Source: Macrostomum hystrix
Lineage: Eukaryota; Animalia; Platyhelminthes
Length of the DNA stretch: 64,000 nt
Assembly (NCBI GenBank): GCA_950097015.1
Contig: CATNEN010000039.1
Coordinates: 13,516,001 to 13,580,000 of the forward strand
Direction: 5' to 3'
Under the pieces are notes generated by a model. That model had not been told where the DNA came from and ran no database searches. It saw only the letters and a program-made list of their open reading frames with translations. The position numbers and the translations under genes are program-made. Positions within the stretch are counted from its first letter, which is position 1, and every line of letters begins with the position of its first letter. Positions 1 through 11,400 of the stretch are shown here, one piece after another.

Positions 1-53
1 TAAGTCATACGCACGAAAATCTATTCCCCAGTGGAGTAACAAGGCTGCTTCTG

Positions 54-551
54 TTGACCTTTGTGAAGAACAAAGCTTTCAATGGTAGCATGGATACGAA
101 CCAGTTCAATTTCGAACATGCGAATGTCAGCAGCAAGTATCTGCAAGGACGAGACATTGCATTCGCGATGCAGGACTATGGAAGCGGATACTCAATTTTC
201 GCGTTTGCGTTGGGAACCGATCCTGGTGTCGGACAAGGTGCTCAACTCTACAACTCTACAACTCTATTCGCACAGGCAACACCCGATGTGTACAAAAATG
301 CAACGTAGTGTTCGGAGGTCTTTTTGACAAACAGCTACAAATCACCGAACTTCGCGAGTGCCTGCATGGTACAGCATGGAAGTGAATCCGAACATCTGGT
401 GGCGTGGTGTCACAAACAGATTTCTGCTATCAGTCATTACAAAACTACGTGTCGGTTTGCACAATGCTGTTTTTTGGGTGTCTATCCGCAAGATTCGATC
501 CAGAGTATAAGGAATTCACCTCAAGATGGAAAAGCATACTTTTTGTGTTAA
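54..551 (+). other. Possible coding remnant (two same-frame ORFs separated by one TAG); product unknown
   Basis: ORFs 54-308 and 324-551 are in the same frame and separated only by TAG at 306-308. The second part is Cys-rich. No family recognised, and the window edge hides the context. Confidence 0.2.
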
Positions 552-654
552 TACAGACACTTCAAATCTTCCTGGTAGGCATTGGGTAGTAGTTTGGTTG
601 TGCACTGGTCGTGTTAGGGGTCGTCGTGGTAAAAGGACTTCTGTACTTCAGCTG

Positions 655-1852
655 TACTTCAAGATCCTTCAGTGACTCAGGTCACAGCTGTACTCCATGA
701 TCCTTCAGTGACTCAGGCCACAGCTGTACTCCATAATCCTTCAGTGACTCAGGTCACAGCTATCCTTTATGATCCTTCACTGACTCAGGTCACAGCTATC
801 CTTTATGATCCTTCAGCTGTGACTCAGGTCACAGCTATCCTTTATGATCCTTCAGTGACTCAGGTCACAGCTATCCTTTATGATCCTTCAGTGACTCAGG
901 TCACAGCTATCCTTTATGATCCTTCAGTGACTCAGGTCACAGCTATCCTTTATGATCCTTCAGTGACTCAGGTCACAGCTATCCTTCATGATCCTTCAGT
1001 GACTCAGGTCACAGCTGTACTTCAAGATCCTTCAGTGACTCAGGTCACAGCTATCCTTTATGATCCTTCAGTGACTCAGGTCACAGCTATCCTTATGATC
1101 CTTCAGTGACTCAGGTCACAGCTGTACTTCAAGATCCTTCAGTGACTCAGGTCACAGCTATCCTTTATGATCCTTCAGCTGTGACTCAGGTCACAGCTAT
1201 CCTTATGATCCTTCAGTGACTCAGGTCACAGCTATCCTTTATGATCCTTCAGTGACTCAGGTCACAGCTATCCTTTATGATCCTTCAGTGACTCAGGTCA
1301 CAGCTATCCTTTATGATCCTTCAGTGACTCAGGTCACAGCTATCCTTTATGATCCTTCAGTGACTCACGTCACAGCTATCCTTATGATCCTTCAGTGACT
1401 CAGGTCACAGCTGTACTCCATGATCATTCAGTGACTCAGGTCACAGCTATGCTTTATGATCCTTCAGTGACTCAGGTCACAGCTGTACTTCAAGATCCTT
1501 CAGTGACTCAGGTCACAGCTATCCTTTATGATCCTTCAGCTGTGACTCAGGTCACAGCTATCCTTATGATCCTTCAGTGACTCAGGTCACAGCTATCCTT
1601 TATGATCCTTCAGTGACTCAGGTCACAGCTATCCTTTATGATCCTTCAGTGACTCAGGTCACAGCTATCCTTTATGATCCTTCAGTGACTCAGGTCACAG
1701 CTATCCTTTATGATCCTTCAGTGACTCACGTCACAGCTATCCTTATGATCCTTCAGTGACTCAGGTCACAGCTGTACTCCATGATCATTCAGTGACTCAG
1801 GTCACAGCTATGCTTTATGATCCTTCAGTGACTCAGGTCACAGCTGTACTGC
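655..1852. repeat. 36-bp minisatellite (GATCCTTCAGTGACTCAGGTCACAGCTATCCTTTAT), about 33 copies, with a 361-bp higher-order duplication
   Basis: Direct reading. 35- and 39-bp variants break the frame. Identical 60-aa ORFs at 1216 and 1577 mark the 361-bp duplication. Confidence 0.97.
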
Positions 1853-2259
1853 ATGAAGCTGCGAAAGTTGTACAAAGACTTAGGTCATGTTTTCAGTAAA
1901 CCGCTGAAATTCTCTAATTCCACATTTGGTGCAGAAAAACGGTACACTTCCTGTTTCTTAAGAGTTCTGAGTAAAGCTTTCTAAGCTGCTTTCCGAAAAA
2001 AATTACTGATATGTTGCATTTAATTATATACTAAGTTTCCATTCGTTTAGTTATTTATTAATTGAAAAGTATTGAATTGAATTTTAGCTGAGAACCCGGT
2101 GGGTTGAGAAAGCCCTGCATTTCCACTATTATTTTGTAGATGACAATAAAAACAATTTCTTTCCTTGACTAATATATTTTATTGCTTTTCAGTCAAATAA
2201 AACAAGCAATATAGAAAAAAAGCTACAGCCGACCTAACGCATTTTTCTGATGTGGGTCA

Positions 2260-2645
2260 GGGGAGATCTGAGATGGGAAATCTGAGATAGGAGATCTTAG
2301 AGGGGAGATCTGAAACAGGAGATCTGAGAGGGGAGATCTGAGAGGCGAGAACTGAGAGGGGAGATCTGAGAGGGAAGATATTAGATAGGAGATCTTAGAG
2401 GGGAGATCTGAGACAGGAGATCTGAGAGGGGAGATCTGAGAGGCGAGAACTGAGAGGGGAGATCTGAGATAGGAGAACTGAGAGGGGAGATCTGAGAGGG
2501 GAAATTAGAGAGGGGAGATCTGAGAGGCGAGAACTGAGAGGGGAGATCTGAGATAGGAGAACTGAGAGGGGAGATCTGAGAGGGGAAATTAGAGAGGGGA
2601 GATCTGAGAGGCGAGAACTGAGAGGGGAGATATGAAGGGGGAGAA
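2260..2645. repeat. Purine-rich ~14-bp minisatellite (GGGGAGATCTGAGA-like)
   Basis: Direct reading. Confidence 0.92.
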
Positions 2646-3274
2646 CAGATCAGAAGGCAAGGTCCAAAATTCAGTCCACTTTCTGAAGTCTATTTGCCAA
2701 GTTTCGTAAAGTTTGAAAATAAAAATATAATGTTGTTAACGAAAAAACGTGTCTTACTTGTCTAAACGGAGCGCGTAAATTCAAAAATTTGCACCAGGCT
2801 CTTTTCGTTTTGGTAGAAACTGACAGTGATAATTTAAGAAATTAACGAAGTGTCTACAAATTGAGTGGAGACTTTTAGCGTTGTCTTTACTTCGAGTGAA
2901 TTAAGAAGCGAAGCGAGTTGAAGTCATGCAATTAATTGAATCTTCGCAGTAAGAGACCGTCTTTACGGCCAAACCTCAAACGAGACAGAGAGCGCAATGG
3001 GGGAAGACTCACAAAGGCCCAGAGGGCCAGACATTATATTTGAACTTAACACTAGCGGCTGGATAGAAGCGATCGATAGTAAGGATAGGGTTAAACCCCG
3101 CCTCAGATGTACATAGGCAGACAAAGGAAAGCGACGAAAAGGGGGGTTGGGGTACAGTCGTGGAGAGTAGCAGGGGCAGGGGGAAGGAGGGGGGTGCAGC
3201 GATTTAGAAAAGAGAGACACAATCAGTACAAACAAGTCGCGTAACCAAAAGTCGCCACAAGCGTTTTGATATTT

Positions 3275-4087
3275 TCAGCACATTTTCAGACAGAACTTAA
3301 TAAACAGCGCAATCAGAATCGCTATCAGCATCGTGCAGCCCAGCAGTACGGCTACGAGCGGCCAATTCGGGTGCCAAGCACCCCCAGAAGTCGTGGTTGC
3401 AGACGGAATGTAGATTCGTAATGTGAGACAATCAGTTTTTTCTGCATTTGGTCTACATTCGTAGTGTTCTAATTCGGTTACATTGCCATAATAACTGTTC
3501 ATCCAATTTTCACAGCCGATAATGGTTGTGTATGCTTGAGATTGATGATTTGTATGAACAAATTTAAGACACTTTTCTGATTGACGGCAAAAAGCTTCAC
3601 CATCTATAGGTCTAGTAAATCTTTTCTTTATAAGGCATGGCACCAGATCACGTTCTAGATCATTGATCAAGTTTAATACACTCGCTTTATTGCAGTTATC
3701 ACCCGTGCAGTCTTTGCAATATTTTGTACGGGGACAGGCGCCGCAACCATATGTCAGTGGCTAAAAAAAGTTTCCGCATAGGGCAAAATTTATAGGGCAA
3801 ACTGTTGCTTTATGATTTCGAATTGATATGCTAATTAAATTAGTTCAATTCATTCGGTCGCTCACCACTTCGCCAGTAGTGACAGTTGAACCTTCAGGAT
3901 GATATTCCACTTTACACTTGGTGATGCTTGCAGGACAATTTGTTTCAACATTTTTCATTGAATGACTCTTATAATGAGAAAATGTTGCTATCGAATTTTG
4001 CGACCAGATACATTTAATACAATCAGCCAGCTGAATGCCTCCAAGTGCAAGAAACACGCCAACAATGACCAGCTTCATAGTCGTCAT
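3275..4087 (-). CDS. Cys-rich single-pass membrane protein (signal peptide, three-finger/Ly6-uPAR-like Cys modules, C-terminal TM), about 235 aa, 2 exons
   Basis: Exon 1 is 4087-3866 (MKLVIVGVFLALGGIQLADC signal peptide) with a GTGAGC donor. Exon 2 is 3760-3275 after a TTTTTTTAG acceptor and is in frame: YGCGACPRTKYCKDCTGDNCN, a second Cys module, then TM WPLVAVLLGCTMLIAILIALFIKF. The fold assignment is inference. Confidence 0.72.
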
Positions 4088-5428
4088 GATTGCCAGCTTC
4101 GATTCCGAATAGCCCAGTTAGATTTGGTCGATTAGCTGGCAGGTGGCAGTTAAACTGCAGTCAATTCTTGATCCGATTTGCAACGGCTGAGTAGAATCGG
4201 CCAGAATGCTTAGTCCAGTGTTGTCAGTTGTTGGATTTGATTCTTCGTTTCGGGCCGCTGCCCCTTCAATATGCTGCAGAGAATGCAGGTCCGAGCCGGC
4301 TCGGTCTATGGCAGCGCTGGCTGACACAGGGGTGCCCGCCTTTTGTCTATGGCAAATTTCAGCTCTACTTTGCTTTTTCATGCATGACTTTTCTGAGATG
4401 AACTTTTGTGTTGTACTATTAGAAGCTTTCTAGCTTACTTATATAATCTTTGTCTGTTCTTTTGGTTTCTATGGCAGAGAAAGGCCGAGGACGCGCTTCT
4501 TAGGCCGAGGCGAAGCCATCGAGGTAAAGAAAGACTTTTTCCGTAGCCACACTGAGAAAAGGAGGAGGATGTATACATCTGTAGGCTAACAGACTGTAAT
4601 AACAAAGAAAAAATGTAGAATGTGTTCCAAAGTATATATACAAATTTAAATTGAGGATATACTCGTATTTCATGTTGGGTATTTGAAAATTATTGAATTT
4701 AAAAGGCACAACAATATAGTATGGAGATCCTGATGCTTTTATTTAACAGTAGAAAGAACACGGGAATACCCACTGACTACTTCACAATAGCTCCCAAGCA
4801 GAAAATAATTGTTTTTTTGCCACCAGACACACGGACGAGATTTCTGGATTTTCATGGCTATTGGCTAAATATTTTGGGAGATGAAGAAAAATAAAATTGT
4901 AGATATAAGAAATACACCATCGTTTTTCTACTCTTAAAACGACAAAATTGATAAAAAAAGAGAAAAACTGCTTATTGCAATAATCGAAAGGAGGAAGAGG
5001 CACCCCTGAAAATAGCTGAGGGCACAAAGCTAAAACTAGCTTTGTCAGCAAAATCAATTTTGGACAAAAAAACTGACAGCTGTACACACAATCTGACAAA
5101 AAAGCGCAGACTTATGTAGAGCTGTGCAATGTTTTTAATAAAACTGTCAAGCGGCTAAAAACTAAAGAAAATTTTAATGCTCAAATGAAATCTATTTTTA
5201 CATGCGCAATGAGCTACGTGAGTAGAGAAAAAGCGAAAACATGCGAATATTGTGACAAGATAACAAAACATAACACAAAAATACTAACAATGGAATGGGG
5301 TGGGGCAATTTAAGAGGCCTTTTCCACTGATCTACGAGCGCAATTCTCAAAACGGAAGATCAAATTGCGATAAAACCAAGCAAAAACTAATTGTGTACCG
5401 CTTTTGGTCACAAATTATAAGAAAAAGT

Positions 5429-8400
5429 TCAATTTAGTTCATCCGAATCATCTTCATCTTCATCATCGCCGGGTTGCTCAGTCAATTGTGGAACAAAGTG
5501 GTTTTGGTCATCTGAAATTATGAAACAAATCTGCGATAATGTTTAAAAACAATAACGAGTAATAATAGCTTTGAGCTTACCATCCGCAACCAGTGAGGCA
5601 GCCAAGTGCACCTCGTCTACTGACGGAGCGCTCATACGACCTGCAATATTAGAACAAACTCCTTTGCACTGACCATTCTGTGTTCCCAGTCTACCCAATA
5701 CCTCCCCAGTCCACCCAATCCCTTCCCAGTCCACCCAATCTCTTCCCAGTCTACCCAATACCTCCCCAGTCCACCCAATCCCTTCCCAGTCCACCCAATC
5801 CCTTCCCAGTCTACCGTATACCTTCCCAGTCTACCCTATACCTTCCCAGTCTACCGTATACCTTCCCAGTCTACCCTATACCTTCCCAGTCTACCCTATA
5901 CCTTCCCAGTCTACCCTATACCTTCCCAGTCTACCCTATACCTTCCCAGTCTACCCTATACCTTCCCAGTCCACCCAATCCCTTCCCAGTCCACCCAATC
6001 CCTTCCCAGTCTACCCTATACCTTCCCAGTCTACCCTATACCTTCCCAGTCTACCCTATACCTTCCCAGTCTACCCTATACCTTCCCAGTCTACCCTATC
6101 CCTTCCCAGTCTACCCTATACCTTCCCAGTCTACCCTATACCTTCCCAGTCTACCCAGTCCCTTCCCAGTCTACCCAGTCCCTTCCCAGTCTACCCAATC
6201 TGTTCCCAGTCTACCCAATCTGTTCCCAGTCTACCCTAGCAGGCACTCACGCTGCCGGCCCCGTTCCACAACGGAATTGGCTCGCAAAGCCAGTCTGGCT
6301 GTGGCAGCTATGGCTTCCACGGGCGACGCCGTCGATTCGGCGACACCGCCGACTGCACCGTCGCCGACAGCGCCGGCGACTCCTCCAGCCCGCGTCACAG
6401 TGGACTCGTGCGGCATGAGCCTCTGAGGCGAGCGGAACATATAGTTGCTAGGATAATGTCTCAGATTTGTCACCCGCTGAGCATAGAGATCAGCGTATCG
6501 CTCCAGCTGGTACGCGAAGCTCGTCAGCCGGCCGCCTGAGCGAAACAGCGAACCCAGAAAGCCGTAGGCGGTGTCCATTTCGCGTACAACCGAGCGAATA
6601 TCGGCTCGCAACTGGTGAACATGGTCTGGTTGCGGGGCCGGGTTGGTCTCTCCGCCAGCCAGGGTGCAGTGCAGGTACATGCGACCCAGTGAAGCCTCCA
6701 GCAGTTGCAGCCTCTCAAACAGCTGCTGGTCCTGCTTCCATACGAACAGCTCGTTTGCCAACTCAGGCACGATAAGCAGAGTCCGCCAGCCCACTTTCTT
6801 GGACTTGATTATGTCACCGAAGATGTGATCGCCGGCGTACAGGACGTCCTTGCCGCGACAGCCAATCAGGCGGGAGAACACCGCGCAAGAGCCTGCGTTG
6901 GAAGAATGTGATTGGCTGGGCTGCTTATCACAATTGTACTAGCATTTTTTAATCTACTTCTTATCTCTAATCTACTCCCCATTCTACTCCCGATCTACTT
7001 GCCAATCTACTCCCCATTCTAGTCCCAATCTACTTGCCAATCTACTCTCCAATCTACTCCCCAATCTACTCTCCAATCTACTCCCCAATCTACTATTCAC
7101 CTCCCGAGTAGACCACTCCAGACTGCAGCGGTCCGGTGTGGGTGCCCAATTTGAGTTTGCCGCTGCTTCTGTCCACCACTCTGAGCAGGGTGCCCTCGGC
7201 AAAGAATTTGGGTTTGCATGCGTTGACTAGGACGTAGTGGAAATGATTGACCCAGCCGAGTCCTAGCAGGTAGGTCATGACGGCATTGGTGTACCAGTAC
7301 TCTGAGTTGGTTAGCAGGAAAACCTTGGCCCCAGCAACCTTCAATTGTTCCAGCAACTCAAGCAGTTCCGAATCCTCGTGAACAAATTCGGCCAGGTTGT
7401 CGACCGTCTGGCGCTTCAACGAGTCGTCGTTGTGAATGTGATCAGCCGCGCTGCGAACATCGTTGAATAGCGAGCGAAAAGAGATGTTCAGCTCCTGGAG
7501 GTCAAGAATCGGATACAAAGAGGTGCTGTGTGAATTTGAGTACAGACTCAGATTGTACTGAAATCAGAGGTTTAGGTAGAATCGGATTCCAAAGGGGTAG
7601 AATGGGATTCCAAAGGGGTAGAATGGGATTCCAAAGAGGTAGAATCGGATTCCAAAGGGGCAGAATTGGATTCCAAAGGGGCAGAATTGGATTCCAAAGG
7701 GGTAGAATAAAATTCCAAAGGGGTAGAATTGGATTCCAGAAGGGGCAGAGTCGGATTCCAAAGGGGTAGAATGGGATTCCAAAGGGGCAGAATTGAATTC
7801 CGAAGGGGTAGAATGGGATTCCGAAGGGCTAGAATTGGATTCCAGAAGGGGCAGAATCGGATTCCAAAGGGGTAGAATTGCATTCCAAAGTGGTAGAATC
7901 GGATTCCAAAGGGGCAGAATTGGATTCCAAAGGGGCAGAATTGGATTCCAAAGGGGTAGAATAAAATTCCAAAGGGGTAGAATTGGATTCCAGAAGGGGC
8001 AGAGTCGGATTGCAAAGGGGTAGAATTGGATTCCAAAGGGGTAGAATCGGATTCGAAAGGGGTAGAATGGGATTCCAAAGGGGCAGAATTGAATTCCGAA
8101 GGGGTAGAATGGGATTCCGAAGGGCTAGAATTGGATTCCAGAAGGGGCAGAATCGGATTCCAAAGGGGTAGAATTGCATTCCAAAGGGGTAGAATCGGAT
8201 TCCAAAGGGGTAGAATAAAATTCCAAAGGGGTAGAATTGGATTCCAGAAGGGGCAGAATCGGATTCCAAAGGGGTAGAATTGCATTCCAAAGGGGTAGAA
8301 TCGGATTCCAAAGGGGTAGAATGGGATTCCAAAGGGGCAGAATTGGATTCCGAAGGGGTAGAATGGGATTCCAAAGGGCTAGAATTGGATTCCAGAAGGG

Positions 8401-11400
8401 GCAGAATCGAATTCCAAAGGGTTACAATTGCATTCCAAAGGGGTAGAATCGGATTCCAAAGGGGTAGAATCGGATTCCAGAAGGGGCAGAATTGGATTCC
8501 AAAAGGGGTAAAATTGCATTTCAAAGGGGTAGAATCGGATTCTAAAGAGGTAGAATTGGATTCTGATGGGACAGAACTGGATTCTGATGGGGTAGAGTCA
8601 GATTCTAAAGGGTAGAATCGTATTTCTGAGGGTAGAATCACAGTCCGGGTGTCTGTGGCGGGTAGATTACCTTGTACACAACTCCAGTCCGCTCAACCGA
8701 GGCCTGCGGCAGTGATTTAAAGAACTCGATGATGGACGCCAGACAGTAGATCTCAGGCAGATTAAACAGCGTGTCGTACACATAGAAGCGGTCGCTCATT
8801 TGAACAAATTTATTCTCATACCAGGACTCCAACTCAGCCGAACTAACCACTGTCAGGCCAAACAGACAGCTCAGCAGGTTGCCAAACGAGTCTAGTTTGA
8901 GTAGGCAACCCCTGTCCTTGTCGAACCACAGGCCGCGTATTGGGAAAGTGTGATCGTACTGGAATTTCAGTATCTCGCACGGATAACCGACCTCTACTAG
9001 GCGATGAAGCATCAGCTTGAACGCAGCTCCCTCGTAGCCGGGTGATTTGTACTGAGCCAAAGTGTAGTCCATGTCGAAACCGTAGAATTTGATGCGATCT
9101 AGCTGAAGACTGCGGTTCACGAAGATCCTGGGGTGCGAAAGGGATATTGTTCTCAGGTGAATTGTCAGATAGACAATTGTTCTTAGGTGAATTGTCAGAT
9201 AGACAATTGTTCTCAGGTGAATTGTCAGATAGACAATTGTTCTCAGGTGAATTGTCAGATAGACAATTGTTCTCAGGTGAATTGTCAGATAGACAATTGT
9301 TCTCAGGTGAATTGTCAGATAGACAATTGTTCTCAGGTGAATTGTCAGATAGACAATTGTTCTCAGGTGAATTGTCAGATAGACAATTGTTCTCAGGTGA
9401 ATTGTCAGATAGACAATTGTTCTCAGGTGAATTGACTGACAGACAATTCTTCTCAAGGTGAGGAAAGGCTAATGATTGACAGACAATTGTTCTCAAGGTG
9501 AGGAAAGGCTGATGATTGACAGACAATTGTTCTCAAGGTGAGGAAAGGCTGATGATTGACAGACAATTGTTCTCTAGGTGAGGAAAAATTTTTCAATTAG
9601 CACCATATTTTTCAGTTATCACCTTATTTTTCAGTTAGCACCTTATTTTTCAGTTAGCACCTTATTTTTCAATCCGGCTGGAGTAAAAGTAAGGAGGCCA
9701 CCGTCCGGCACCGGCGCGGGCCACGGGCTAACGGAGTCGCCCTCCTCTGGAGCGTGCGGCTACTAAGATGGCCACCCACCGCGGAAGGCGGAGCGCTGCT
9801 GCTGCTGAACGTCGCCAGCAGCGGTTCAATGCTCGACGCAAAGAGCTGCGGGCTCTCGCCCGCCTCCGCCACGTAGACCGCCACAAGGACTCGCGGCTTG
9901 CCCAGCCGGAGCCTCGAGTGCTGGCAACTCCACCGCCAGCACCCCGCACTACACACCTGCCTGATATTGACACCAACGCCAGCGCCAACAGCCCCAGACA
10001 GCAGCGTCAGGGTCGGAAACTGCTAAGCTCTCTGTCCATTGCCACATTCAATGCACGCACTCTCTCTAACCAATGGAGGCTCCTTGAGCTTGCTAAAGCA
10101 GCAATCGATCTCTCTATCTCCATCGTAGCTATTCAAGAACACCGCAGGACTGCCAACCTGGACATCGACCTTGGCAATGGCTGGTTTTTCAAAGCAGCTG
10201 CAGCTTCTGACCAGGGCATCGGCAGAATCGGTTTCCTGCTCTCGCCGCTGGCAAACCGCCCCAGCTTTATCTCTGATCGCATCGGTCATGCATCGTTTGC
10301 CATCTCAGATCGCCGGCTTCATGTCCTCTGTGTCTACGCCCCCACTGCCCCGGCTACCACCGTGGATGCCACCACCACCCTTCAATTCTACGATCAACTG
10401 GGCCACCAGCTAGACCACCTCGCCTCCAGGGACCTCTACTTCATCGCCGGCGACTTCAACGCGCCTCTCCCGGTGGACGGCCAATTGGTGAGAAACAGGT
10501 GCGGCACTCCAAATGCCAACACTCCACACCTGTCAACTTTCATGGCTTCTCGCAATTTGCTCGCTGCAAACGGCTATTTCCGCCAGGGCCTCAACGCTCT
10601 TCCGACTTTCCGGGGTCCAAACAGCCGTACGACGAGGCTAGACTGGATCCTGTGTCCAGCCGCCTCCCGCTCCCGACTCCGCGCTGCTCAGAGTATCGTG
10701 CTGCACTGCGTCCCCTCCGACCATGCCCTCGTCTGCTGCCACTTCGATCATCGGTGGCAGAGGTTCCGTCGCCCCACGGCACCACCCTTCTGGGCTGCCC
10801 TGGCCCGGACTGAGACTAAAGCAGCCTTTCTTAACCAACTGTTTGCCGCCGGGCTCACTCTAAACAGCAGCTTCAACGAGCTTGCGACGGCAGTAGCCTC
10901 TGCTGCCACTGCATCGCTGCCCAAACGCCAGCCTCGCCAATCAAGCGCCCGCTGGGCCTCCGACCCCAGCGTCACTCGAGCCCGCAGCCTCGTCCAAGCA
11001 ACGGTTGCCAGACATGGCGCCGGTAGTGAGCAGGCAACAGCGGCGACCGACACCCTGAGAGACGCTCACCGCATCGCTGCTGAGCTCGCAACCCAAGAGG
11101 CGCTCACCGAGATCCAGGCGGCCACGGACAACTGTCGCCCTGCGGCCGCCTGGCGGGCCATCAACCGTCTGACGGGCCGTCGCGCCACACCGAAGGCTAT
11201 CATCCCTGCCAACTCCCAAGAAGAGCGCAAGCAGCTGATGGCTGACCATTTCGAAGGCGTCCTCAACGCCGACGCGCCCGACCCCCTGCTCCCGCCTCTT
11301 GAAGGCCTCTTGCCCATTCCCGACGGCACCTTCGACTGCGCTCCTATCTGCTCTGCAGAGGTGAAGAAAGCCCTGCAGACAATGAGATCCGATGCCGCCG

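Noticed and set aside
6231-6250. NT5C2 ending at TAG 6231
   Set aside because: A GTGAGT donor at 6250 and two downstream phase-compatible exons supply the expected acidic C-terminus.
5680-9526. Repetitive ORFs (248, 237, 270, 227 aa etc.) as proteins
   Set aside because: They are translations of intronic minisatellites inside the NT5C2 model, with frame-breaking unit variants in several arrays.
9672-9767. HDV-like ribozyme in the RTE 5' UTR
   Set aside because: A GCC-7nt-GGC hairpin exists, but I could not assemble a consistent P1/P2/J4-2 by eye. A descriptor or covariance search would be needed.
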